A stretch of 64,000 bases of DNA from an uncultured Saprospiraceae bacterium (GTDB lineage Bacteria > Bacteroidota > Bacteroidia > Chitinophagales > Saprospiraceae). Below, one piece after another: positions 1-10,067 of the stretch. The stretch lies in NCBI GenBank assembly GCA_964449535.1, contig CAYUZA010000002.1:45549-109548 (forward strand), written 5' to 3'. The notes under the pieces were generated by a model. The model was not told the DNA's origin. It saw nothing but the letters and a program-made list of their open reading frames with translations, and made no database searches. A program made the translations under genes and the position numbers. Position 1 is the first letter of the stretch; the number at the start of each line of letters is the position of its first letter.

Positions 1-2496
1 AAACCAATCATTCGTTCATTTGACTTAAGATTGGTCTATCCGGCTTACACATTACTAAAACCTGAAGTTATAAGCAATGTGGGTGAAATTGTAGCACCTA
101 TTGGTACCAGAGCAGAATGGGTCGTTGAAACCAGTCATGCAGATGCTGTGTATTTTTCCTTCTTGGAAAAGAAGCAGATTATTGAGGCTGAAAGATCCGG
201 TGAAAACCAGTTTTCTATAAAACACTCTATCTTGAAAAACGAAGAGTATAGAATGTTGCTTAAAAACAGTATAAACGATCTCCAAGACAGTATTTTATAC
301 GGTATCCAGGTAATCCAGGACCAATACCCAGAGATTGAAGTAGAGCGTTTTCAAGACAGTAGTAGCCAAGAAAAAATAATGTTTTTTGCAGGTAAAGCAT
401 CAGATGATTACGGAATAAAAACCATTTATTTTACGTACCAGGTACACAAATACCAATCTAGTTCATTACCTGAACAGCGCATACTTGTTGCTTCTCCAAA
501 TGTTAAAAGTGCAGATTATAAATATGTTTGGGATTTTGGAAAAATTGATTTGGCCCCTGGTGATCGCATAAGTTATTTCTTTGAAGCTGGTGATAACGAT
601 GGTGTTAACGGTAGCAAATTTGCCAGAACAAATATGTTTAATATTGAGCGACCTACGCTGGAAGAAATAGACGCAAAAACAGAAAAGAATAGTGCAGATA
701 TCAAAGAAACTGTTCAGCAAACCATGAAAGAAGCAAAAAAAATCCAGCAAGAGATTAAACAACTGCGGGATAAGTTGCTTCAACAAAAGGAGATGGACTG
801 GCAAAGAAAAAAGGATTTAGAAAAGCTTCTAGAAAAGCAAAAAGAATTGGAGGAGAAGCTAAAGCAGGCACAAGAGAAATTTAAGGAAAACAAAGAGAAT
901 ATAGAAGAAAATAAGCAAGTTGACGAGCGATTTGAGGAAAAGCAAGAAAAGTTAGAAGAGTTATTTGAGAAGACAGTGGATCCCGAAACACAAGAGCTCA
1001 TGGATAAAATCCAACAGATGATGCGAGAATTAAATAAAGAAAACGCACTTCAAATGATGGACAAGATGCAAAACAAGAACAAAGAGAAAGAAATGGAGTT
1101 AGACCGACTCATGGAACTCTACAAGAATCTTGAAATGGAATATGAGATGAAACAACAGGGAGATGCTTTGGAGAAATTGTCTAAGGAACAAGAAAAGTTG
1201 GCGAAGGACACAGAAAAAGGGGATCAATCCAATGACAAATTGTCTAAAGAACAAGAGGACATCAACAAAAAATTTGATGAATTGGAAAAGAAAATGGATG
1301 ATATCGATAAAAAGAATAAGGAGCTCGAACGACCTAAGGACCTAGAAGACCTGAAAAACGACATGAAAGACATCCAAAAAGACCTTGACAAGGCCAAAGA
1401 AGAGTTGGGTAAAAAGAATAATAAGAATGCTCAACAGAGACAGAAAGACGCAGCGAAGAAAATGAAAGAGATGGCTGAAAAGATGAGCAGTATGATGGAG
1501 TCTGGCGAAATGGAACAAATGGAGGAAGACATGCGAGCTATGAGACAATTATTAGACAATATTCTTGCGTTATCGTTCAAGCAAGAAGATGTTATCCAAG
1601 AATTTAATAAAGTAAATAACAATACTCCCGGTTATGTAAGATTGGTTCAAGATCAAGCAAAAATTCGGGATAATTTTAAGATGGTGGAAGATAGTCTTCA
1701 TGCATTGAGCAAACGCGTCTTTCAGTTAGAGTCTTTCATAACCGAAAAAACACAAGAGATTCGTGTACAAGTGGACAATGCCATTAGTAAACTAGAAGAT
1801 AGAAAAAAGCACGAAGCAGCAGATAATCAACAACGGGCCATGAAAAACCTTAATGATTTGGCTTTAATGTTAAATGAAACCATGGAGCAAATGCAGCAAG
1901 ATATGGCAAATATGATGCCAGGTACCCAAATGTGCAAAAAACCGGGATCTTCTAAAGGCAATAAGCCAGGATCAATGCCTATGGACAAAATAACAGAGGG
2001 CCAAAAAGGGGTAACTGAAGACATGAAAAAACTAAAAGAAGGCAGGGATAAAGGTCAGACTCCTTCTGGAGAACAAAGTAAACAGTTTGCTGAAATAGCT
2101 GCACAACAAGCCGCATTAAGGAAGGCATTAGAACAATTGCAAAAAGAGAAACAAGAAAGAGGCAAGGGAGACAAAAGCCTTCAGGATATCATTGACCAAA
2201 TGAATAAAAATGAAATAGACTTAGTAAATAAGCGGCTAACTAATGAAACGCTAAAAAGACAACAAAACATATTAACCCGATTATTAGAAGCAGAAAAAGC
2301 AGAAAGGGAGCAAGATTGGGACGAAAAGCGTAAGGCAGAGCGACCAAGTGATGTTGCACGTCAAATACCTCCATCTATGGAAGAATATATTAGAAAGCGA
2401 CAAGCAGAAACGGATAGTTATAAAACTATCCCAGGTTCAGTACAGCCTTTCTATAAGTCACTAATAGAGGAGTATTACAGAACTTTGGAAAAATAA
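1..2496 (+). CDS. Large charged coiled-coil protein, 5' end cut by the window edge (possibly DUF4175-like)
   Basis: Frame 1 is open from nt 1 (KPIIRSFDLRLVYP...), so the TTG at 31 is not the true start. The N-part has FFEAGDNDGVNGSKF. About 500 aa are K/E/Q-rich coiled-coil-like. Family name is from memory only. Confidence 0.6.
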   Translation, partial: KPIIRSFDLRLVYPAYTLLKPEVISNVGEIVAPIGTRAEWVVETSHADAVYFSFLEKKQIIEAERSGENQFSIKHSILKNEEYRMLLKNSINDLQDSILYGIQVIQDQYPEIEVERFQDSSSQEKIMFFAGKASDDYGIKTIYFTYQVHKYQSSSLPEQRILVASPNVKSADYKYVWDFGKIDLAPGDRISYFFEAGDNDGVNGSKFARTNMFNIERPTLEEIDAKTEKNSADIKETVQQTMKEAKKIQQEIKQLRDKLLQQKEMDWQRKKDLEKLLEKQKELEEKLKQAQEKFKENKENIEENKQVDERFEEKQEKLEELFEKTVDPETQELMDKIQQMMRELNKENALQMMDKMQNKNKEKEMELDRLMELYKNLEMEYEMKQQGDALEKLSKEQEKLAKDTEKGDQSNDKLSKEQEDINKKFDELEKKMDDIDKKNKELERPKDLEDLKNDMKDIQKDLDKAKEELGKKNNKNAQQRQKDAAKKMKEMAEKMSSMMESGEMEQMEEDMRAMRQLLDNILALSFKQEDVIQEFNKVNNNTPGYVRLVQDQAKIRDNFKMVEDSLHALSKRVFQLESFITEKTQEIRVQVDNAISKLEDRKKHEAADNQQRAMKNLNDLALMLNETMEQMQQDMANMMPGTQMCKKPGSSKGNKPGSMPMDKITEGQKGVTEDMKKLKEGRDKGQTPSGEQSKQFAEIAAQQAALRKALEQLQKEKQERGKGDKSLQDIIDQMNKNEIDLVNKRLTNETLKRQQNILTRLLEAEKAEREQDWDEKRKAERPSDVARQIPPSMEEYIRKRQAETDSYKTIPGSVQPFYKSLIEEYYRTLEK

Positions 2497-2533
2497 CTAT
2501 CTCAAGGAATTTTTTTGAGCCATATATAGTTAA

Positions 2534-2944
2534 TTGCATTTTATAATTAATTCGATCATGTTATTAGTACAGTCAAAACTGAGTGATATATGTAGACTGG
2601 AGGATTACTTGAAAGTAATATTTGACTTAGAAAAGTTACCGGTTGACCGTTATGGGGATGTTTTAATTACGCTAACTGAAGCCGTAAACAATGCAATTAT
2701 TCATGGCAATTTATTGGATGAGGGAAAAACGGTTAGGATATCATATAAGTTTGCAAAAAAGATATTAACGATAATAGTCGAGGACGAAGGTAAAGGTTTT
2801 GATCCTGAAACCATTCCCGACCCTACGTGTACAGAAAGAATAGAAGAATGTGGCGGTAGGGGGGTAAGAATTATGGAGGCTCTATCTGACTCCATTTGTT
2901 TTCATAACAATGGCTCTTGCATAAAACTTGGATTTAAATTTTAA
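2534..2944 (+). CDS. Anti-sigma regulatory factor type Ser-kinase (GHKL/HATPase_c, RsbW/SpoIIAB-like)
   Basis: N-box LTEAVNNAIIHGN, G1 box VEDEGKGFDP, G2 box GGRGVRIM. Start is uncertain: TTG at 2534 or ATG at 2558. Confidence 0.6.
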   Translation: MHFIINSIMLLVQSKLSDICRLEDYLKVIFDLEKLPVDRYGDVLITLTEAVNNAIIHGNLLDEGKTVRISYKFAKKILTIIVEDEGKGFDPETIPDPTCTERIEECGGRGVRIMEALSDSICFHNNGSCIKLGFKF

Positions 2945-2946
2945 GC

Positions 2947-3408
2947 ATGGAATTAGACCTGTCCTCTCCAGATGAACCATCCTTATTGTTTGTTGACGAA
3001 GATAAATTTTTCGAAAAAGAGATTGGAGCAGGTTGGATCAAGTGGTTAACTTATTTATTCAACACAGAACAAAAGGAATATAATATAATCTGTTTTCACT
3101 ACTGTTCTGATGAATATCTACATAAGCTTAATATTGACTATTTACAGCACGATACGCTAACAGACATAATATCATTTCAATATAGTCACTCTCCGATAGA
3201 AGGAGACATCTATATTAGTTTAGATAGAGCAAAAGAGAATGCCTTATTGTACCATACAAGTGAAAGGGAAGAGATAGTCAGATTACATGCTCATGGTTGT
3301 CTACATTTTTGTGGTTACAAAGACAAAACTGCAAGCCAAAAGAAAGAAATGAGAGAAAAAGAAAATTTTTACATAAGGGAATTCTCTCGTCTAAACGGAC
3401 TTGTGTGA
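2947..3408 (+). CDS. ybeY: Endoribonuclease YbeY (rRNA maturation)
   Basis: Zinc motif HAHGCLHFCGYKD matches the YbeY signature H-G-x-L-H-L-x-G-Y-D. Size of 153 aa is typical. Confidence 0.85.
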   Translation: MELDLSSPDEPSLLFVDEDKFFEKEIGAGWIKWLTYLFNTEQKEYNIICFHYCSDEYLHKLNIDYLQHDTLTDIISFQYSHSPIEGDIYISLDRAKENALLYHTSEREEIVRLHAHGCLHFCGYKDKTASQKKEMREKENFYIREFSRLNGLV

Positions 3409-3409
3409 T

Positions 3410-3425
3410 TGTTTCACGTGAAACA
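3410..3425. repeat. 16-nt perfect palindrome TGTTTCACGTGAAACA (CACGTG core)
   Basis: Read directly. Starts 2 nt after the ybeY stop codon. Confidence 0.9.
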
Positions 3426-3486
3426 TATATAAGTACATTAAACTTATCGAATAAGAAAAAGATAAGCTGGGAGGATATGGTAGAAC

Positions 3487-3514
3487 AAGTATTGTTCCAC
3501 GTGGAACAATACTT
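3487..3514. repeat. 28-nt perfect palindrome AAGTATTGTTCCACGTGGAACAATACTT (CACGTG core)
   Basis: Read directly. Ends 8 nt before the stop of the convergent hydrolase gene. Confidence 0.9.
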
Positions 3515-3521
3515 ATAAAAA

Positions 3522-4292
3522 TTACGATACTATCTTATGCCTATCCAGATAATCAGAAAGTATGGCATTAAACTCTGCGGGTCTTTCCATCATTGGGGCA
3601 TGGCCGCACAAATCTATGAAGTGAAGCTCTGAGGTAGTAATTAGTTCTTTAAACTTTTCACCTACAAAAGGAGGAGTAATAGTGTCCTGATTACCCCAAA
3701 TTAGCAACGTTGGAACTTTAAGTTCAGGTAATCTATCACCAACATTATGTCTTATTGCCGACTTAGCAGTTGCCAGCACACGGATAGCCTTATTTCTATC
3801 ATTAACAATACTAAAAACTTCATCTACCAACTCCTTTGTGGCAACAGCAGGATCATAAAAAGTAGCAGCTGTCTTTTTTTCTATAAATTCATAGTTGCTT
3901 CTTTTTGGAAAGGTCGAACCCATAGCATCTTCAAAAAGTCCACTACTACCAGTTAATATTAGAGAAGCAACTTTGTCTTGATGATCAAAAGCATATAATA
4001 GAGCTATGTGGCCACCTAAAGAATTTCCTAATAAATGAACTTTAGCATAACCCTTGTAGCTAATGAAGTCTTCTACATAAGTTAGCAAACCTTTGATAGT
4101 GGTATTGAATATTGGCAAATCATATAATGGAAGAATGGGTATTACCACATTAAACCTTCCTTTAAAATGATTAATAAGCGATTCAAAATTAGACATAGCT
4201 CCAAACAAACCATGTAACAAAACTAAGGGTTCCTTACCTGGGTCTGTCTCAACATACTTGAACTGATTCTCTTGCAATAACGTAAAACTCAT
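3522..4292 (-). CDS. Alpha/beta-fold hydrolase
   Basis: HG oxyanion motif (LLHGLFG), nucleophile elbow GNSLGG, and a C-terminal GH (CGHAPMMERP). Confidence 0.8.
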   Translation of the reverse strand: MSFTLLQENQFKYVETDPGKEPLVLLHGLFGAMSNFESLINHFKGRFNVVIPILPLYDLPIFNTTIKGLLTYVEDFISYKGYAKVHLLGNSLGGHIALLYAFDHQDKVASLILTGSSGLFEDAMGSTFPKRSNYEFIEKKTAATFYDPAVATKELVDEVFSIVNDRNKAIRVLATAKSAIRHNVGDRLPELKVPTLLIWGNQDTITPPFVGEKFKELITTSELHFIDLCGHAPMMERPAEFNAILSDYLDRHKIVS

Positions 4293-4411
4293 TAAAAAAC
4301 ATTTAAAGAAAAGAAGAAAGAAAAAAACCCCTTTTCAAAGTGAATATTCCAAATGCAAGTATAAAAACTTATTTTTTAAACACACGCAAATAAACCATAA
4401 TAACATTAATA

Positions 4412-5446
4412 TTAATGTTCGAAAGTAGATTCTTTATAAAGATAAAATACCAGGAGCGTTAAAATAAACGCAATTAATTGATGAAATACTGCTAACCATA
4501 AGGGTATAATCCCTACACTATTAAGCAAAACAAAAACACCTAACAGAATTTGTACAATAACAATTGAAACAACCAATAGATGTAACTTAGTAAATGAACC
4601 CCTCTTAAAAGTATCCCAACAGTATAGAAAAGAGCCAAGGGCAATTAGATAGCCTAAATTCCGATGTAAAAAATGAATTAATGCAGGCATAAATACATCC
4701 TTGTCATAAAGTAAAAAATGATTTAAATTCCAGTTTTCTAACTGCAATAAAACGGTAGGAATCCATTCTGACCCTATTTTTGGCCAAGTAGGAAAAATTA
4801 AAGCAGCACGCATCCCAGATAATATTCCACCTAAGATAATTTGCACCGGAAGAAGAAAGACAAGCAAACTTAATATAAGGGAAATATTACTTGAAATGCT
4901 ATCCTTCGATACCGTTTTACCTAATGAAAAATGCCAAGTATCGAACAAATAAAGAATAAGAATTAAAGCTAAACCTAGATGTAAACTAAGCTTGTATGCA
5001 TTAACCCAAGGCCTATCTACAAGACCACTTGCTACCATAATCCAGCCAAAAACAGCTACTGTTACAGCTAAAACAAAAACTATAAATAGCCTTTTTAACA
5101 GCTGCTTTGAAAGCAAACCCTTTTTATAAAAAACAATAAATGGAATTATGAAAGCAAGACCCATTATTCTCGCCCATAATCTATGTATATATTCCCAAAA
5201 ATATATAAACTTAAATTCAGAAAGAGACATACCTTGATTTATCTTTTCATACTGAGGTGTTTGTTTATATAAGTCAAAAGCATCTTCCCATCCTTTATCC
5301 GAGATTGGCGGTAGTGTACCTACTACTATTTCCCATTTAGTTATGGACAGGCCACTTCCCGTTAACCTGGTTACACCTCCAATAAAAATTTGAATGAGGA
5401 TTAATACCACGCCCAGAAACAACCAATTTGATACCCTTTTATCCAT
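4412..5446 (-). CDS. ctaA: Heme A synthase (COX15/CtaA family)
   Basis: Polytopic membrane protein with GGVTRLTGSGLSITKWE...FKFIYFWEYIHRLWAR, characteristic of COX15/CtaA. Confidence 0.8.
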   Translation of the reverse strand: MDKRVSNWLFLGVVLILIQIFIGGVTRLTGSGLSITKWEIVVGTLPPISDKGWEDAFDLYKQTPQYEKINQGMSLSEFKFIYFWEYIHRLWARIMGLAFIIPFIVFYKKGLLSKQLLKRLFIVFVLAVTVAVFGWIMVASGLVDRPWVNAYKLSLHLGLALILILYLFDTWHFSLGKTVSKDSISSNISLILSLLVFLLPVQIILGGILSGMRAALIFPTWPKIGSEWIPTVLLQLENWNLNHFLLYDKDVFMPALIHFLHRNLGYLIALGSFLYCWDTFKRGSFTKLHLLVVSIVIVQILLGVFVLLNSVGIIPLWLAVFHQLIAFILTLLVFYLYKESTFEH

Positions 5447-5909
5447 ATTATTTGTTACATTTAATGTCGGCGTAAGTAATTATTATCTGGTGCAAATATC
5501 GTTTGCAATTCCTAATTTGAAGGAATTAACCACCTTATGACTGTATTATGAATTAATAAAAGAATTAAAAGTAAAATACATTTTCATCATACCTGTTAAT
5601 ATGTGAGTAACTTATTGTGATAATAACCTTTAGCAGTCTTTACAATAAAAACAATCATTATAATTCATTGATGATCATATTTACATTTATAATATAATTT
5701 TAATTTTATATATATAGTCTATAAATATAATTATGGTGAATAACCATTTTACTTTAAAGATGAAATTAACACATATATTATTTTTGTGCATATTTAATTT
5801 GGCCTCTGTGAGTAATTATTGTTTTTATATTTATTATTAACAAAATATTGTGAAAAAAATATATATTTATATATTGATTTACAGTTCATTATAATATTTT
5901 ATTTTTAAA

Positions 5910-5917
5910 TATGTTTG
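5910..5917 (+). promoter_or_regulatory. Bacteroidota -7 promoter box TAnnTTTG (TATGTTTG) upstream of dtd
   Basis: Matches the TAnnTTTG consensus of sigma-A promoters in Bacteroidota. It lies only 6 nt before the ATG, implying a near-leaderless mRNA. Confidence 0.35.
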
Positions 5918-5923
5918 TAACTT

Positions 5924-6376
5924 ATGAGAGCGGTTATTCAAAGAGTAAGTAAAGCAAATGTTTTTGTTGGCCAAGATTTAGTAGGTGAAATTAATCAAGG
6001 CATTCTTGTATTACTCGGAATAAGCGCTTATGATAACGAAGAAGATTGTAAATGGTTGTGTAACAAAATAGGAAATATGCGCTTGTTTAATGACGAAAAA
6101 GGACTTATGAATAAATCTTTGCAAGAAGTAGAAGGAGATATTTTATTAATAAGTCAATTTACACTACATGCATCAACAAGAAAAGGGAATAGGCCTTCGT
6201 TTATTGACGCTATGAAACCAAAAGAAGCAGAACAATTGTATAATTATTGTATTCAATTGCTACAACCATATTGCAATAAAACAATACAAACGGGTCAATT
6301 TGGCGCACACATGGAAGTAACACTTACTAATGATGGACCTGTAACAATCATAATAGATTCCAAAAATAAAGAGTAG
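5924..6376 (+). CDS. dtd: D-aminoacyl-tRNA deacylase
   Basis: MRAVIQRVSKANV... N-terminus, SQFTLHA and GNRPSF motifs, 150 aa. Confidence 0.9.
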   Translation: MRAVIQRVSKANVFVGQDLVGEINQGILVLLGISAYDNEEDCKWLCNKIGNMRLFNDEKGLMNKSLQEVEGDILLISQFTLHASTRKGNRPSFIDAMKPKEAEQLYNYCIQLLQPYCNKTIQTGQFGAHMEVTLTNDGPVTIIIDSKNKE

Positions 6377-6378
6377 AT

Positions 6379-6720
6379 ATGACTATACAAGAGGCACAGC
6401 AATTGGTCGATCAATGGATAAAAACATACGGAGTACAATATTTCAGAGAAACTACAAACATGGTAATTCTCATGGAAGAAGTAGGTGAAATGTCGAGACA
6501 CATATCCCGGATGTATGGTGAACAATCTTATCGCGATTCCATGGAAGAACAAAATGCAAAGAATCTACTATCTGCGGAAATGGCCGATGTATTATTTGTG
6601 CTTATTTGTTTGGCCAATCAAACAAATATTGATCTTCAGCAAGCTCTTATTAGCAGTATAGACAAAAAAACGAGAAGAGATGGTTCCAGGCATTTTAATA
6701 ACCCGAAGCTACAAAAATAG
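6379..6720 (+). CDS. MazG-like nucleotide pyrophosphohydrolase
   Basis: EEVGEMSRHI and EMADVLFVLICLANQTNIDL helices are typical of the all-alpha NTP-PPase (MazG) fold. Only 3 nt after dtd. Confidence 0.75.
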   Translation: MTIQEAQQLVDQWIKTYGVQYFRETTNMVILMEEVGEMSRHISRMYGEQSYRDSMEEQNAKNLLSAEMADVLFVLICLANQTNIDLQQALISSIDKKTRRDGSRHFNNPKLQK

Positions 6721-6753
6721 AAAGAAGAACAAACAAATAAGGTGATACCTAGA

Positions 6754-7797
6754 CTATTCTAAATCTTCAAAACTTCCTATTGCTACTGATGATGCACCAG
6801 ACGCAAGTTTCTCCTTTATTTTCGCTTCAATTTCTGCTGCCAATTCTGGGTTATCTTCCATGAATTGCTTAGCTGCGTCTCTTCCCTGGGCTATTTTTGT
6901 TCCGTTATAACTATACCAAGAGCCACTTTTGTCAATAATGTTTTGATCAGCACCCATATCAACAATTTCACCTGATTTAGATATACCTTGTCCAAACATG
7001 ATATCAAATTCGGCAACTCTAAATGGTGGTGCTAATTTATTTTTTACCACCTTAACCTTAACATGGTTTCCAATAAGGTTATTCTCTTTATCCTTGAGCG
7101 GTGTACCTGATTTACGTATATCTAAACGAACTGACGCATAATATTTTAATGCGTTACCCCCTGTTGTGGTTTCAGGGTTACCAAACATAACACCAATTTT
7201 TTCCCGTAATTGGTTGATAAAAATGCAACAACATCCTGTTCTACCAATCGTTCCAGTGAGTTTACGCAATGCTTGAGACATTAGTCGGGCTTGAAGACCT
7301 ACTTTCGAATCACCCATTTCACCTTCAATTTCACTACGTGGTACTAGTGCAGCTACAGAGTCTATTACAATAATATCTATAGCTCCTGAACGTATTAGGT
7401 TCTCAGCAATTTCTAGCGCCTGTTCTCCATTATCTGGCTGAGAAATAAGCAGATTTTCAGTATCAACCCCCAAAGATTCTGCATAAAAACGATCAAAAGC
7501 ATGTTCAGCGTCAATTATAGCAGCCATGCCTCCTTTCTTTTGACATTCTGCTATCGCATGTATGGCTAAAGTTGTCTTACCTGATGATTCGGGACCGTAT
7601 ATTTCTACAACCCGTCCCTTAGGGTAACCGCCAATGCCTAATGCAAGATCGAGCCCCAAAGAGCCACTTGATATTGTTTCTGCCTGAACTACTTGCTTGT
7701 CGCCAAGCATCATTACAGTTCCTTTTCCATATGTTTTGTCAATACGCTCTAACGTAAGTTTTAGCGCTTTTAATTTCTCTTCTGATTCTTTGCTCAT
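6754..7797 (-). CDS. recA: Recombinase RecA
   Basis: Walker [10 protein letters not shown] and [10 protein letters not shown], with full-length similarity to RecA. Confidence 0.97.
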   Translation of the reverse strand: MSKESEEKLKALKLTLERIDKTYGKGTVMMLGDKQVVQAETISSGSLGLDLALGIGGYPKGRVVEIYGPESSGKTTLAIHAIAECQKKGGMAAIIDAEHAFDRFYAESLGVDTENLLISQPDNGEQALEIAENLIRSGAIDIIVIDSVAALVPRSEIEGEMGDSKVGLQARLMSQALRKLTGTIGRTGCCCIFINQLREKIGVMFGNPETTTGGNALKYYASVRLDIRKSGTPLKDKENNLIGNHVKVKVVKNKLAPPFRVAEFDIMFGQGISKSGEIVDMGADQNIIDKSGSWYSYNGTKIAQGRDAAKQFMEDNPELAAEIEAKIKEKLASGASSVAIGSFEDLE

Positions 7798-7820
7798 AAG
7801 GATGCAATTATTATTTAAAG

Positions 7821-7828
7821 CAAATATA
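7821..7828 (-). promoter_or_regulatory. -7 box TATATTTG upstream of recA
   Basis: The minus strand reads ...ACATATATTTGCTTT..., 23 nt before the recA ATG. Matches TAnnTTTG. Confidence 0.35.
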
Positions 7829-7878
7829 TGTAATAATTTAATATATTCTATTTCGTTTCCTTTAATTAAAATTTACAC

Positions 7879-8919
7879 TTAAAAAAAACGCAATCCAATA
7901 GAATAGGGGTAAATACCGTTAAAAACTTGATTTTTAAACAAAGCAGTAACATCATATCTCCCATATAGAGATACCGTTTTAATACCAATGGCAGCGGAAA
8001 TACCCACGCTCAAAGGGTTTAGCCCGTATTTACCATAGGTATTTATAATATTAGTGCTATTTTCGGCAACAAAGCGCTGTGTTGTATGAGATTGTAATTT
8101 TAGTGCTGCGAAGCCCTGAACTTCGCACAAAAAACCATTTTTCTTTGAGGATATGTAGGCAAAACCAGCTGAAAAAACCATACTAGTCCGATCAAAACTA
8201 TTTCTTTCCAAGTTTTGAGGAGATAATTCAAATACAGGTTCAGGCGTATTCTTTAAATAGCTGTTTCCAGCAAAACGGATACTATTCGTGATAATTGTTG
8301 CTGCCAAGCTTGCATAATATGGTGAATTTCGATTTGACTTAGATAATCGATAACGAGACAAGACCCCAATTTCAAAAAATCCAGACCGCCATGCTCTGAT
8401 ATCTGGAATATTTTCGCTGCTTTTTTGCCAATTATGCCAACCTGCTGCTGTGATGATATTTAGAGAAAATTGATTTCTATTCTTGGGAATATCTGGAGGT
8501 GTTTCTGTAAATGTCCAAGTATAGTCTTCGTTAATTTTTTGTTCTTCTTCTTCTTTCAATATTTGATTGTCACCGTTATTATACAAAATATATTGATAGT
8601 CACCGTTCAACAATTTTTGTTGTAGCTGGTATGTTATACTATCGTGCTTTTTGAGCAAATATGCTGCTTTCTCCCTTAATATGCGTATTCCTTTTTCATC
8701 GCTAATATTCTCTTCATCTGAAGATCCCTGCATGGTTAAAAAATTGTCTATATGGTTTTTAAATTCTTGATTCATCAAAGTTTTTAGTTCTTGCATCATG
8801 GCACCAACTTCGGCAGTAGTAACATAATCTTCTACTGTGCTTGTATTAGGTTCATTTTGTGCAAAAATTGAACCCTGCCAGCCGGTGACCAACAACAATA
8901 AGTACACTATACTTTTCAT
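7879..8919 (-). CDS. Hypothetical secreted or outer-membrane protein (C-terminal beta-barrel-like)
   Basis: Signal peptide MKSIVYLLLLVTGWQGSIFAQ. The C-terminal half has alternating-hydrophobic strands and ends ...YSIGLRFF (terminal Phe). Start moved to the internal ATG. Confidence 0.45.
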   Translation of the reverse strand: MKSIVYLLLLVTGWQGSIFAQNEPNTSTVEDYVTTAEVGAMMQELKTLMNQEFKNHIDNFLTMQGSSDEENISDEKGIRILREKAAYLLKKHDSITYQLQQKLLNGDYQYILYNNGDNQILKEEEEQKINEDYTWTFTETPPDIPKNRNQFSLNIITAAGWHNWQKSSENIPDIRAWRSGFFEIGVLSRYRLSKSNRNSPYYASLAATIITNSIRFAGNSYLKNTPEPVFELSPQNLERNSFDRTSMVFSAGFAYISSKKNGFLCEVQGFAALKLQSHTTQRFVAENSTNIINTYGKYGLNPLSVGISAAIGIKTVSLYGRYDVTALFKNQVFNGIYPYSIGLRFF

Positions 8920-9076
8920 TATCAATAAGTTTATAATAGTAAAGATAAAGAGAGATACCATACTGGCCAATGCCCGAAACATATAATCCCGCAATAAGAA
9001 ATTAACTGGCGCCAGAAAAATAATATCAATACATTTTAACTAAAGAGGACCAAAATAGTCTATCTAAAGTAGCAAG

Positions 9077-9640
9077 ATGATAGAAAAATCAAATTTACCC
9101 AATATAGAGGACCAAGCTCTTGTTGAAGCATATTTGCAGCCAAGTACTCGGGACGAAGCGTGTTTAACCATAGTTAAGCGTTACCAGGAAATGCTGTATT
9201 GGCATATTCGTAGGCTGGTTGTAACACACGAAGACGCTGAAGATTTGCTTCAAGAAACTTTTTTCAAGGCTTTTTTACATCTGCATAAATTTATGGGTAA
9301 ATCTAGTTTAAAAACATGGTTATATAAAATTGCGACCAATGAATGTTTGAGCCATTTAAAGAAAAAGAAAAGTAGATTTTATCCTATGGGCGATTTAACT
9401 ACCGCAATGGTAGATCGTCTAAAAGCCGAAACCATATTGGATCACCAAGAAATAGAAGTTAGATTTCAAGAAGCCATATTACGTTTGCCCCCACAGCAGC
9501 AATTAGTGTTTCAAATGCGATATTATGATGATTTATCTTATGAAGAAATTAAAGAAATAACTGGCTCTTCAATAGCTACACTGAAAACGAATTACCACTA
9601 TGCATTTCATAAACTAAAAAACTTCCTCATTGAACAATAA
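9077..9640 (+). CDS. ECF-type RNA polymerase sigma-70 factor
   Basis: Region 2 (DAEDLLQETFFKAF...WLYKIATNECL) and region 4 (YYDDLSYEEIKEITGSSIATLKTNYHYA). Confidence 0.85.
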   Translation: MIEKSNLPNIEDQALVEAYLQPSTRDEACLTIVKRYQEMLYWHIRRLVVTHEDAEDLLQETFFKAFLHLHKFMGKSSLKTWLYKIATNECLSHLKKKKSRFYPMGDLTTAMVDRLKAETILDHQEIEVRFQEAILRLPPQQQLVFQMRYYDDLSYEEIKEITGSSIATLKTNYHYAFHKLKNFLIEQ

Positions 9641-10057
9641 ATGAATCAAGCCATGCTAGATAAAAGTACCAAAATTTCACATCCATATCAAGTACCAGAA
9701 GGTTTTTTTGAACAGTTTCCTGAAAAGAGTCTACCTAAACTGCAAAAAAAACAAGACAAACAATTAAAAGTAATATCAAACATAAAGCGGTTTGGTAGCA
9801 TAGCGGCCGGTATAATGATCATCATTGTGGCAGGAATACTGATGGTTTTTTCTCCGCAAATTAAAAACAAACAAAATGGAGGAGGAATCACGGTAACAAC
9901 CGACAAACAAGTTGGCACTACGGGCTATACCGCACAAAGTGAATTTGTAGAAGAAGAATTAACCTTGGAAAATTTACTTACCGAAATGAGCGAAGATGAA
10001 CTTACGCAGTGGACAGAAGTTTATTTAATAGATATGTTTTACCAAACACCATTATAA
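9641..10057 (+). CDS. Putative anti-sigma factor or membrane protein
   Basis: Starts immediately after the sigma stop codon and has a single TM (FGSIAAGIMIIIVAGILMVF). No recognisable domain. Confidence 0.4.
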   Translation: MNQAMLDKSTKISHPYQVPEGFFEQFPEKSLPKLQKKQDKQLKVISNIKRFGSIAAGIMIIIVAGILMVFSPQIKNKQNGGGITVTTDKQVGTTGYTAQSEFVEEELTLENLLTEMSEDELTQWTEVYLIDMFYQTPL

Positions 10058-10067
10058 TATTATAATT

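Noticed and set aside
5760-5840. 26-codon hydrophobic mini-ORF in the AT-rich ctaA/dtd spacer
   Set aside because: AT-rich DNA generates such ORFs readily, and there is no RBS or promoter logic or conservation evidence available.
5447-5923. AT-rich spacer as a replication origin
   Set aside because: No DnaA-box clusters (TTATCCACA or its complement) were seen, and no dnaA or dnaN is nearby.
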